Shown piece by piece: positions 30,748-39,721 of a stretch of 64,000 nt of DNA. The position numbers and the translations under genes are program-made. A model generated the notes under the pieces. It made no database searches, had not been told where the DNA came from, and saw nothing but the letters and a program-made list of their open reading frames with translations. Origin of the DNA: an uncultured Alphaproteobacteria bacterium. GTDB lineage: Bacteria > Pseudomonadota > Alphaproteobacteria > Rs-D84 > CACZYB01. The stretch lies in contig CALXYK010000007.1 of the NCBI GenBank assembly GCA_944392955.1, forward strand, positions 11,003 through 75,002, given 5' to 3'. Position 1 is the first letter of the stretch, and each line of letters opens with the position of its first letter.

Positions 30748-31620
30748 TTGAATAAGACAAGTAAAATGAAACAAAATAATGAAAATATTTTAAGATCTGG
30801 TCTGTATATAGTTTCTACACCAATAGGAAACCTAAAAGATATCACTTTCAGGGCGATAGAAACATTACAGCAAAGTGATTTAATTGCCTGTGAGGATACC
30901 CGAGTATCAAAGATTCTATTAGAAAAATATGGAATAAAAACACCTACTATAAGTATTCACAATTATAATGAGGCAGATAAAATTGATTATATAAAAAAAC
31001 AACTATCACTTAACAAGGTTGTTTCTCTTATCTCTGATGCGGGGACACCTTTAATATCCGATCCTGGTTATAAGTTATCAAGTGAGTTAAGAAAATCTGG
31101 ATTCTATGTAACTGTTGTCCCAGGTCCTACTTCGCCTATTGCAGGACTTACCTTATCAGGTTTTCCTACTAACAGATTTTTATTTATAGGCTTCGTTCCT
31201 GCTAAGGTTAATGAAAGGGAAAGTTTTTTTAAAGATGTAGTTAATGAAAAAGGAACAATCATATTTTTTGAAACTGCTAACAGATTATTAGATACATTAT
31301 CAGTAATAAAAAAGGTATTTGGTGAAAGGGAAATCGCAATAATCAGGGAAATTAGCAAAATCTATGAAGATGTTCAAAGGGGGCAAATTTCCGATATAAT
31401 AAGACATTTTGAACAAACACCTGCAAAAGGTGAGATAGTTGGACTTATAAAAGGCCACGAAGATACGGAAACTATCAACGAAACAGAAATAAAAAATATG
31501 TTAGAATTTCTTTTATCAAAGATGAGTTTAAAGGATGCAAGTGAATTTATCGGAAATACATTTTCCATTTCAAAAAAAATAGTTTATAATATAGGTATAA
31601 AATTAAAACAGGAGGGTTAA
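30748..31620 (+). CDS. rsmI: 16S rRNA (cytidine1402-2'-O)-methyltransferase RsmI
   Basis: Tetrapyrrole-methylase fold motifs GLYIVSTPIGNLKDIT...ACEDTR. Confidence 0.85.
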   Translation: MNKTSKMKQNNENILRSGLYIVSTPIGNLKDITFRAIETLQQSDLIACEDTRVSKILLEKYGIKTPTISIHNYNEADKIDYIKKQLSLNKVVSLISDAGTPLISDPGYKLSSELRKSGFYVTVVPGPTSPIAGLTLSGFPTNRFLFIGFVPAKVNERESFFKDVVNEKGTIIFFETANRLLDTLSVIKKVFGEREIAIIREISKIYEDVQRGQISDIIRHFEQTPAKGEIVGLIKGHEDTETINETEIKNMLEFLLSKMSLKDASEFIGNTFSISKKIVYNIGIKLKQEG

Positions 31621-31621
31621 A

Positions 31622-32290
31622 ATGAAAAAAACATCATATATGATAGGATTAAGTTTGGCTGTGTTTACATTGATTCTAAATTCCAATTTAGCTTTATCAT
31701 CATCGGCTGAAAACGAATTAACAGCAGATCAAAAATCAGTTTCCGAAGTAAATACAACTAAGGAAAATTCAGACGATTCTGACAAAGATTTAAAAACAGA
31801 ATTAAATGATGTAGCAAAAAAAATTGGTAATAAAAAAGCCGCATTAAATACAACAATAAATTTTAATAGTCCGGCTGATACAGATAATCTAAGTAAGGAG
31901 GCAAAGGATTATCTTGATAATTTAAAAGATTGTAAAGAATACAAGGCAAAATTTCAATCTACAAGGGATTCTTCTGATTCGGAAAAGGAAATTATAGGTC
32001 AGGAAGATAATGTATGTAAGACAAGGGAAATTTTTGCTGATGGTAAAGAGTTAACCTGTGCTTTCCCAATGGATAGGATAAGTGAGGTAGTAGATTACTA
32101 TACAGGAGTTTTTTCAAACCAAATAGGGGGCAAATACAATATTGACCTTGATATGAAATTCCCAGAGATAAATTTTTCAGACTTATCCTCGGATAAATTG
32201 GATTTAGATGTAAAATTTGAATTGCCAAAAGTAAAAATAGATAAGGTAAAAAGCCCAGTTGAAGAACTAATAGAGGAAGTTTGTAAATAA
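31622..32290 (+). CDS. secreted hypothetical protein
   Basis: Signal peptide MKKTSYMIGLSLAVFTLILNSNLALS. Tightly packed between rsmI and smpB. Confidence 0.4.
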   Translation: MKKTSYMIGLSLAVFTLILNSNLALSSSAENELTADQKSVSEVNTTKENSDDSDKDLKTELNDVAKKIGNKKAALNTTINFNSPADTDNLSKEAKDYLDNLKDCKEYKAKFQSTRDSSDSEKEIIGQEDNVCKTREIFADGKELTCAFPMDRISEVVDYYTGVFSNQIGGKYNIDLDMKFPEINFSDLSSDKLDLDVKFELPKVKIDKVKSPVEELIEEVCK

Positions 32291-32772
32291 TGGTAAAACA
32301 AACACGACAACATTTTATTTCATCGGGACTTGTCTCTGAAAACAGGAAGGCAAGATTCAATTATGCAATAAGCGAAACTTTTGAAGCAGGGCTTTGCCTA
32401 ACAGGTCCCGAAGTAAAAAGCCTCAGACAAGGTAGGGTGAATATAACAGACGGCTTTATTACCCCCGAAGGCAATAATATGATTGTCAATAATATTACAA
32501 TAGGCAAATATGATAATAGCGATGGTTTTACTATTCACACTGAAAAACGAAAAAGACAACTTCTATTAAATAAAAAAGAAATAAAAAGGTTAATAGGTTT
32601 ATATAGTAAGGAACATATAACAATAGTCCCATTAAAACTATATTTTACAGAAAAAGGAATTGCCAAACTTTTAATAGGGGTTGGTGTTGGTAAGAACAAA
32701 GTTGATAAAAGGGAAATTATAAAACAAAGGGATTGGAACAGGGAAAAAGCCCGTTTAATGAAACATAAATAG
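32290..32772 (+). CDS. smpB: SsrA-binding protein SmpB
   Basis: ENRKARFNYAISETFEAGLCLTGPEVKSLR matches the SmpB core. Confidence 0.9.
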   Translation: MVKQTRQHFISSGLVSENRKARFNYAISETFEAGLCLTGPEVKSLRQGRVNITDGFITPEGNNMIVNNITIGKYDNSDGFTIHTEKRKRQLLLNKKEIKRLIGLYSKEHITIVPLKLYFTEKGIAKLLIGVGVGKNKVDKREIIKQRDWNREKARLMKHK

Positions 32773-32825
32773 TTTTTCTTGATTTTTAAAAGTAATTAAG
32801 TTATAAGAATATAGTTTTATGTTAT

Positions 32826-32903
32826 GGCGAATGTAGCTCAGTTGGTTAGAGCGCCAGTTTGTGGTACTGGATGCCGCCAGTTCGAATCTGGTCATTCGCC
32901 CCA
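32826..32903 (+). tRNA. tRNA-His (anticodon GUG) with genomically encoded G-1
   Basis: GGCGAATG...anticodon loop TTGTGGT...CATTCGC-C-CCA. G-1 pairs with discriminator C73. Confidence 0.88.
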
Positions 32904-32918
32904 TTTCAAATATGTTTT

Positions 32919-33872
32919 CTAAAACAAATTATTTTGAATTTCTCTTTCCTGAATACGGATAGATTTTGTTGCCTTCATATTTATAATAAGATCGTATCTA
33001 TCTACAACAATTTTTACAACAAAGTATATAGATAATAACAATACTAAATAAAAGAATATTTTTTGAAATTTAAGATATAAATTTTCTTTTACAAAATCAA
33101 AATTGTTTTTAGACGCATTATAAACATCTTTAAAACACACTTTGTTTTTTCTTTCATTAAATGCATTTTTAAATGAATCTGTTGCAATATAATTTATATT
33201 ATGAATATTCCTGTTTGATACAAAAGAAAGCAAAATCAATGCGGGCCAAGATATTACTTTCTTATATTGACTTAATGCCAAAGCAGAATTTGAAATATAC
33301 AATACATATTTCATTCCTTCAATGAAGGATAAATGTCTTATCTTATAAGTTTTAAGTAGATACTTTTTAAATCCAGTTAGTGATTTTGATTTTAGGTTTT
33401 TTTTAATAGAATTTCTTCCTGATAATATAACTTTTAACGAAGGAATTACCTTTATCAACGAAAAAAGATTTACTAATTGTTCAGTTGTTAAATTATGTGC
33501 ATCATCAATAACCAGTATAGTATTTTTTCCCTCACAATAAAGATTCTGTAATTTTGCGAAAACACTTTCAATATTTTTATGATTTTCTGCACCTATCTGC
33601 TCGGCAATAGATTTTATGATATTAGATTTTTCATTAGCCTTTATAAAAACAACAACTTCGTTATTTTTAATAGTGTTAATAATAAGGTTAATCAATACAC
33701 TTTTCCCAACACCTTTATTTCCTGTAATAAGAAAGACCCCATTATAAAATCTACAACCATTTGTTATTTCAGAAAGTATTTTAAGGTGCTTCTTTCTAGG
33801 ATATAGATAGGAAAAAGTATCATCAGTAGGAAAAGGTATATTATCAAAATGAAAATGTTCTAAATAAGTCAT
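32919..33872 (-). CDS. AAA+ ATPase, GspA/ExeA-like (AAA_22), with a C-terminal TM segment
   Basis: Walker A GNKGVGKS. Walker B LVIDDAH. TM helix IFFYLVLLLSIYFVVKIVV near the C-terminus. Confidence 0.55.
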   Translation of the reverse strand: MTYLEHFHFDNIPFPTDDTFSYLYPRKKHLKILSEITNGCRFYNGVFLITGNKGVGKSVLINLIINTIKNNEVVVFIKANEKSNIIKSIAEQIGAENHKNIESVFAKLQNLYCEGKNTILVIDDAHNLTTEQLVNLFSLIKVIPSLKVILSGRNSIKKNLKSKSLTGFKKYLLKTYKIRHLSFIEGMKYVLYISNSALALSQYKKVISWPALILLSFVSNRNIHNINYIATDSFKNAFNERKNKVCFKDVYNASKNNFDFVKENLYLKFQKIFFYLVLLLSIYFVVKIVVDRYDLIINMKATKSIRIQEREIQNNLF

Positions 33873-33958
33873 ATTAAATCCTTCTTGAAAAATTATTCAA
33901 ATTGTTTTATAAGTATAAATAAACTAAAAAATAAAAACAAGAAAAAGGTGTTATATAA

Positions 33959-34207
33959 ATGGAAAAAGAAGAATTATTGGAATTCAAAGGCACAGTTATA
34001 GATAAACTTCCAAATGCAATGTTTAAGGTTGAACTTGAAAACGGACATCAAGTTATTGCACATACCGCTGGAAAAATGAGAAAGTTCAGAATATGGGTTA
34101 TGGTAGGCGATGTTGTTAATATAGAAATGACTCCATACGATTTAACCAAAGGTCGTATTACTTTCAGATATAAGGATAAACAAGGCACAATAAAAGAAGA
34201 ATTATAA
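33959..34207 (+). CDS. infA: translation initiation factor IF-1
   Basis: S1-like fold. [25 protein letters not shown]...[15 protein letters not shown]. Confidence 0.9.
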   Translation: MEKEELLEFKGTVIDKLPNAMFKVELENGHQVIAHTAGKMRKFRIWVMVGDVVNIEMTPYDLTKGRITFRYKDKQGTIKEEL

Positions 34208-34218
34208 CAGAGGAAAAG

Positions 34219-35508
34219 ATGGAAATAGAAAAATTATTTATCAAAAGGATGAAGGAATTACCATCAGATGCAACTACACCAGGCCATAGATTAGCATTAA
34301 AGGGTGGCTATATCCATCAAACAGGTTCAGGTCTTTATACTTACTCTCCTCTTGGGTTCAAGGTTCTTAAAAATATAGAAGACATTATAAGGCAGGAATT
34401 AGATGCAATAGGATGCCAGGAAATGAATATGCCTATTGTTTCTCCACTTTCATTATGGAAGGAAACAGGACGCGAAAATATTGATGTTTTGTTAAAGTTT
34501 AAGATTCGTTCAGGAATGGATGCAGTCGTAAATCCTACACACGAAGAAATAGTTACTGATTATGTAAGAAATGTCCTTCAAAGTTATAAACAATTACCAC
34601 TATCACCATCATCACTTTGTCTTTACCAGATACAAACAAAGTATAGGGATGAATTAAGGGCAAGGGCAGGGCTGATTCGTTGTAGGGAATTTATGATGAA
34701 GGATGCATACTCCTTTAATATTTCATGGGAAGATTTAGATTCTTTCTATAACATTATGTTAAATGCATATCATAAAATATATAAAAGATTAGGTCTAGAT
34801 AATGTAATAGATATTTTGGCTCCTACCGGTGATATGGGAGGTAAAATATCCCACGAATTTCAAATGATAAGTGATATAGGTGAAGATACTATTTACATTT
34901 GTTCATCTTGTGATTACAGGGCTAATAAAGAGGTATTAACTGATGCCGATGCCGAAGATATTTTGATATGTCCAAAATGTGGAAATAAACTTAAAAAACT
35001 AAGGGGTGTAGAGGTTGGAAATATTTTCCAATTAGGTGATAAATACACAAAATCAATGGGAGTAAGTTATCTTGATCAGGAAGGTAAAAAGCAAACTCCT
35101 ATTATGGGATGTTATGGTATAGGTGTTAGCCGAGTTTTTGGGTGCCTATTGGAACAAAGTTGTGATGAATCAAAGGCTGTGTTTAATTTAGAAGTCGCTC
35201 CGTATAAGGTTCATATAATTTCAATAGGTGATGAACAAGCAAAAACTTTGGCAAATGATTTATACAACTATCTTTTGTCCGCTGGTATAGAAACTATGAT
35301 AGATACAACCGATGACAGGGCTGGTTCAAAATTCGCAAATGCAGATTTAATTGGTGCACCAATAAGGGTTATAGTAAGTCCTAAAAATATAGAACATGGT
35401 GTAGTTGAAATGAAATATTCAGGACTACAAAAACAATATCCTGATACATTTAAAATAGATGAGGTAAAGGATAAAATAATAGAAATTATAAAGGATAACC
35501 AAGGTTAA
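34219..35508 (+). CDS. proS: prolyl-tRNA synthetase (short alpha-type without editing domain; contains a CxxC...CxxC zinc-ribbon-like insert)
   Basis: HRLALKGGYIHQTGSGLYTYSPLGFKVLKNIE matches ProRS motif 1. Class II motifs 2 and 3. 429 aa. Confidence 0.88.
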   Translation: MEIEKLFIKRMKELPSDATTPGHRLALKGGYIHQTGSGLYTYSPLGFKVLKNIEDIIRQELDAIGCQEMNMPIVSPLSLWKETGRENIDVLLKFKIRSGMDAVVNPTHEEIVTDYVRNVLQSYKQLPLSPSSLCLYQIQTKYRDELRARAGLIRCREFMMKDAYSFNISWEDLDSFYNIMLNAYHKIYKRLGLDNVIDILAPTGDMGGKISHEFQMISDIGEDTIYICSSCDYRANKEVLTDADAEDILICPKCGNKLKKLRGVEVGNIFQLGDKYTKSMGVSYLDQEGKKQTPIMGCYGIGVSRVFGCLLEQSCDESKAVFNLEVAPYKVHIISIGDEQAKTLANDLYNYLLSAGIETMIDTTDDRAGSKFANADLIGAPIRVIVSPKNIEHGVVEMKYSGLQKQYPDTFKIDEVKDKIIEIIKDNQG

Positions 35509-35535
35509 ACATTATATAATTTTATATATAAATTA

Positions 35536-35572
35536 AGGATATAAAATAAGTTTTTATATCCTATTTTTTTTC
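35536..35572 (+). terminator. rho-independent terminator after proS (the hairpin also covers the stop of the convergent J-protein gene)
   Basis: 11-bp stem AGGATATAAAA/TTTTATATCCT with a TAAG loop, followed by TTTTTTTT. Confidence 0.7.
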
Positions 35573-36118
35573 AATTTTTTTAAGTAAAATAGAATAATTT
35601 TCAACTACTTTTTTAAACATTTCTTCTGCATTTTTTGATCCCGCATTTAAATCAGGATGATATTTTTTTACCAAGATTTTATACTTAGATTTCAGTTGTA
35701 TTTTGGTATATGGAAATTCTATTTCAAAAAATTTTAGGGCTTCTAATTCCTCTAAGGAAAGTTTTGGTACATTTACAAAATTTGAATTATTAGTATGATT
35801 TCCCGGTCTTTTTCTTAAAAACTTATCATAAATTTCAAATGGATCTTCTAACTTACCTTGACTTGCTAATTTATCAAGGGATATACCAAATTTCCAACTA
35901 GGACTATGCCATGTTTCATCAAGTTTGTTTTCTCTTTCTATTTCTTCTTGTGTCATACCATCATAGTAATTCCACATTTTATTATATTCAGAAACATGTT
36001 TAAGACAAAACCAATAATAATCTTTTAATTGCCTATCTTTTGGTGCGCGAAACTCTCCTTCGGCTTCACAACCAGGATGTTCACATTTTCTAAAAATTTT
36101 TTCCTCTTTTTTTAACAT
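35561..36118 (-). CDS. J-domain protein with an N-terminal Cys-rich zinc-finger region
   Basis: C-terminal J domain with KYHPDLNAG (HPD). N-terminal CEHPGCEAEGEFRAP...YWFCLKH. Confidence 0.65.
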   Translation of the reverse strand: MLKKEEKIFRKCEHPGCEAEGEFRAPKDRQLKDYYWFCLKHVSEYNKMWNYYDGMTQEEIERENKLDETWHSPSWKFGISLDKLASQGKLEDPFEIYDKFLRKRPGNHTNNSNFVNVPKLSLEELEALKFFEIEFPYTKIQLKSKYKILVKKYHPDLNAGSKNAEEMFKKVVENYSILLKKIEKK

Positions 36119-36165
36119 AATCTTTTAATTATATAAAATTTTGATTATAAAAACAAGGGCAGTAG

Positions 36166-37077
36166 TTATTTTTTTAACATATTGGCTAATGGATGGTTTT
36201 GTTCTATTACTGATTTTAACCTATCAGACATTATATGAGTATAAATTTGTGTAGTTGAAATATCAGAGTGTCCCAACATAGTCTGCACGGCCCTTAAATC
36301 AGCCCCTCCCGCAATAAGATGAGAGGCAAAAGAATGCCTAAATACATGAGGAGAAACTTTTGAAGGGTTTATTCCTGCAAGTACGGAAATTTTTTTTAAG
36401 TTTTTATAAAAAGCATCTCTCGTCTGGTGTCCGCTTAAACTATTAGATGGAAACATAAAGGACGAAGTTTTCCCCTTTGGAATAAAAGTTTTCCTAACCT
36501 TGCAATATTCCTTAAATAATTGAATTGTTTTTTCGTTTAAAGGCACTAATCTTTCCTTTGCTCCTTTCCCCATAACTTCAATATATTCCGATTTTATTAT
36601 AGATTTAAAAGGTAATGATACTAATTCTGAAACACGCAATCCCGTAGCATACAAAAGTTCCATTTGAAACTCTAATCTTATACCAGAAGCCGAATTTATA
36701 TTCTTTGCTGTTTGTATTAACTTTTCTATTTCCTCTTTACTAAGGTATTTAGGTAAAGATTTTCCAATCTTAGGTGAAAATATTCCGGATACAGGATTCT
36801 CAATTATCTTAGATTCAGATAATAAAAATAAATAAAAAGAATTGATAACAGATAATTTTCTGGCCTGAGATTTTGCGGATAATCCATTTTCCCTTAAATA
36901 AGCAAGATAATATTTTATATCAGCCTTTTTTACATTTTCTAATAATTTTATATTACATTCGGCGCTAATAAAATCTTTAAAATGATTCAAATCAGAAAGA
37001 TAGGCCTGCACAGTATTTTTTGCAACACCATGTTCTGCGACCATCATTTCTAAGTATTTTTTAAAAAGTTCATCCAT
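36166..37077 (-). CDS. xerD: site-specific tyrosine recombinase XerD
   Basis: C-terminal R..HxxR...Y catalytic motifs HVFRHSFASHL and LGHSDISTTQIYTH. Confidence 0.85.
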   Translation of the reverse strand: MDELFKKYLEMMVAEHGVAKNTVQAYLSDLNHFKDFISAECNIKLLENVKKADIKYYLAYLRENGLSAKSQARKLSVINSFYLFLLSESKIIENPVSGIFSPKIGKSLPKYLSKEEIEKLIQTAKNINSASGIRLEFQMELLYATGLRVSELVSLPFKSIIKSEYIEVMGKGAKERLVPLNEKTIQLFKEYCKVRKTFIPKGKTSSFMFPSNSLSGHQTRDAFYKNLKKISVLAGINPSKVSPHVFRHSFASHLIAGGADLRAVQTMLGHSDISTTQIYTHIMSDRLKSVIEQNHPLANMLKK

Positions 37078-37133
37078 ACGGATATTATATAAATTTTTAC
37101 ATAAAAATAAAAGTAAAAATAAATATTTTGGAA

Positions 37134-37925
37134 CTAGTGTTTATCAAAATAAAGGTTTCCTTTTTCCTTTATAGTATTTCTTTTGAATCCTTTATCCATA
37201 AATATAGTAACAGTTTCATCAACCATTTTAGGATTTCCACATAAAAACACATGAAAATTTTCAGGAGAAATACTAACACCTAACTTCTTTTCTACAACTC
37301 CATTTGTAATTAAGGATTGAGCATGTCCCTTATACCCATTCCATTCCACACCCAATTCCTGTTCCGATCTTGAAACAATAGGGAAATAATGGAAATAAGG
37401 TGATTTTTTTTCTAGTTCTTCTAATTCACCCTTAAAGCCAAGTTCATAGGTATGTCTTGCCCCGTGGATAAGAGCTACTTGCCTTTTACCATTTAAAATT
37501 TCATCTTTGTGTTCGCGAATAATACTTACAAATGGCGCAATACCAGTTCCAGTACTGATAAATATCAAGTTATCTGTATCACTTACACCATCAAAATTCA
37601 TTAACCCAGCAGGTTTTTCACCCATAAATATTTCATCGCCAGCTTTAAGACTAAATAACCTAGGAGTAAGTTTACCCTCTTTTACAAGGACTATATAAAA
37701 TTCCACCTGATCTTGTGAAGGAGAAGATGTAATAGAGTAAGCACGTTTATGCCATAATCCATCAAGGTCATTTTTATCATCAGGCAAAGCTAAAACTGCA
37801 AATTGACCAGCCTTAAAATTAAACTTTTGTCCGTTTTTAAATTCAATAAAGAATAACTTTATTTCAGGAGTTATATCCTTAATATTTTTTACAATTGCAT
37901 TGTATTGCATAATAACAAACCTCAC
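37134..37925 (-). CDS. fpr: ferredoxin-NADP(+) reductase
   Basis: FAD-binding RAYSITS motif. NAD(P)-binding GTGIAPF motif. 263 aa. Confidence 0.75.
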   Translation of the reverse strand: MRFVIMQYNAIVKNIKDITPEIKLFFIEFKNGQKFNFKAGQFAVLALPDDKNDLDGLWHKRAYSITSSPSQDQVEFYIVLVKEGKLTPRLFSLKAGDEIFMGEKPAGLMNFDGVSDTDNLIFISTGTGIAPFVSIIREHKDEILNGKRQVALIHGARHTYELGFKGELEELEKKSPYFHYFPIVSRSEQELGVEWNGYKGHAQSLITNGVVEKKLGVSISPENFHVFLCGNPKMVDETVTIFMDKGFKRNTIKEKGNLYFDKH

Positions 37926-38096
37926 ATTATTATAATAGTTGAAAAGTCATTTTAATTTAAAAGTAAAAAAAAATCAATTGCAAAAAATAAAATTATGTGT
38001 TATACAGAAAATATACACTAAAAAAATTCAACAAAAGCACTAGAATCTATTACGATTCTGTGGCTTTATTTTTTTTAATTAGTTAGGAGGTATAAA

Positions 38097-38573
38097 ATGA
38101 TGGATAAAATCCCTATGACTCCAAATGGATTATTGAAATTAGAAGAAGAATTAAAAAATTTAAAATACAATGAACGCCCTGCTATAATACAGGCAATATC
38201 TGAGGCACGTGCATTAGGTGATCTATCAGAAAATGCAGAATACCATAGTGCAAAGGAAAAACAAGGCTTTATAGAAGGCAGAATTTCTTATTTAGAAAGT
38301 ATTATAGGTTCAGCCGAAGTAATAGATCCTAAAAAAATGTCGGGTGATGTTGTAAGATTCAGTGCAACAGTTACAATAGTAGATGTTGAAACAGATGAAG
38401 AAAAAGTTTACCAAATAGTTGGTAAAGAAGAAGCTGATTTAGAACATGGTAAAATTTCTTTTGATAGTCCTATTGCCCGTGCATTGATAGGTAAATCAAA
38501 AGGCGAGGAAATAACCGTTGTATCTCCAAAAGGTCCAAGGGATTATGAAATAATAAGTGTAGAATATAAATAA
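38097..38573 (+). CDS. greA: transcription elongation factor GreA
   Basis: 158 aa. GDLSENAEYHSAKE motif. Confidence 0.95.
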   Translation: MMDKIPMTPNGLLKLEEELKNLKYNERPAIIQAISEARALGDLSENAEYHSAKEKQGFIEGRISYLESIIGSAEVIDPKKMSGDVVRFSATVTIVDVETDEEKVYQIVGKEEADLEHGKISFDSPIARALIGKSKGEEITVVSPKGPRDYEIISVEYK

Positions 38574-38582
38574 GAGTAAAAA

Positions 38583-38702
38583 ATGGGTAAACGTATATTA
38601 TTACTGATATTAGTTTTGTTTTCCATAACTGCATGTGGTGTAAAGGGAAGCCTTTCAAAACCAGAAAATGCAACTTACAGAAGGACTTACCCTAAATACT
38701 AA
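38583..38702 (+). CDS. small lipoprotein, LptM(YifL)-like (39 aa; absent from the ORF track)
   Basis: MGKRILLLILVLFSITACGVKGSLSKPENATYRRTYPKY. Lipobox ITAC followed by GVKGSL resembles E. coli LptM TGCGLKGPL. Begins 10 nt after the greA stop. Confidence 0.45.
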   Translation: MGKRILLLILVLFSITACGVKGSLSKPENATYRRTYPKY

Positions 38703-38728
38703 TAGGTTTTTCATCTTTTTTAAAAATC

Positions 38729-38757
38729 TTGACTCTTTTTCAAAAAAAACTTATATA
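38729..38757 (+). promoter_or_regulatory. putative sigma70-type promoter for rpoH (TTGACT-N17-TATATA)
   Basis: ATCTTGACTCTT motif, also present upstream of rpsB. About 25 nt upstream of the rpoH start. Confidence 0.4.
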
Positions 38758-38779
38758 ATAAAAGAGTGGTAGGTAGATT

Positions 38780-39706
38780 ATGGAAAAAAATCATTCAAAC
38801 AAAATGCTTTCAAAATCAGTCAATTTTTCCCTTTCTGGTGGATTACCTGCATCAGTTAATGATGGGGGTATAGGTTCTTATATAAATATGGTCAAAAACA
38901 TACCACATCTTTCACCAGAGGAAGAATACGAACTTGCGGTTAAGGTGCAAAAGGAACATGATTTAGAAGCCGCGGAAAAACTTATTAAATCCAATTTATT
39001 TTTAGTAGTCGCTACTGCATTTGAGTATAAGGGATACGGACTTCCTATATCAGATATCATATCCGAAGGAAACATTGGACTTATGAAGGCAGTTAAAAAG
39101 TTTGATCCTGATAAGGGGTTTAAATTATCCACATATGCCCTTTGGTGGATAAGGGCGACAATAAACGAGTTTATACTTTCATCATGGAGTTTGGTAAAAA
39201 TAGGGACACAGGCTGCACAAAAAAAATTATTTTTTAGTCTTAAAAAAATAAAGGCTAAATTGGGAATTTACCACGATTCTGACCTAACACCAGCAGAAAC
39301 AAAGCAAGTTGCCAAGGATCTATCCGTAAGTGAAGAAGATGTAATAGAAATGAATCGCAGGGTTAGTAAAGATAGTTCCTTAAACAAAGTTATTTCCGAA
39401 GATAATACAGAGGGTGTAAATATGCTTGTGTCTGATACCCCTAATTCTGAGGAAATTATGGCAAACGAAGAAATTAAAAAATTAAGAACAAAAATGTTAA
39501 AGGAGGCAATGAATTCCTTAAATCCTAGGGAACAGCTTATCATATCTCGCCGTCGTTTAACAGAAGAACCCGCAACATTGGACGATTTATCTATTGAACT
39601 AAAAATCAGTAAGGAAAGGGTTCGTCAAATAGAAAACAGGGCTATGGAAAAACTATCCTTATCACTATTAAAATCAAAAAATAAACTATTAGGTAATAAT
39701 AACTAA
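38780..39706 (+). CDS. rpoH: RNA polymerase sigma-32 factor RpoH
   Basis: Sigma-70 regions 2 and 4. RpoH-box-like QLIISRRRL...TL. 308 aa. Confidence 0.88.
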   Translation: MEKNHSNKMLSKSVNFSLSGGLPASVNDGGIGSYINMVKNIPHLSPEEEYELAVKVQKEHDLEAAEKLIKSNLFLVVATAFEYKGYGLPISDIISEGNIGLMKAVKKFDPDKGFKLSTYALWWIRATINEFILSSWSLVKIGTQAAQKKLFFSLKKIKAKLGIYHDSDLTPAETKQVAKDLSVSEEDVIEMNRRVSKDSSLNKVISEDNTEGVNMLVSDTPNSEEIMANEEIKKLRTKMLKEAMNSLNPREQLIISRRRLTEEPATLDDLSIELKISKERVRQIENRAMEKLSLSLLKSKNKLLGNNN

Positions 39707-39721
39707 ATATTACATTAGTAA

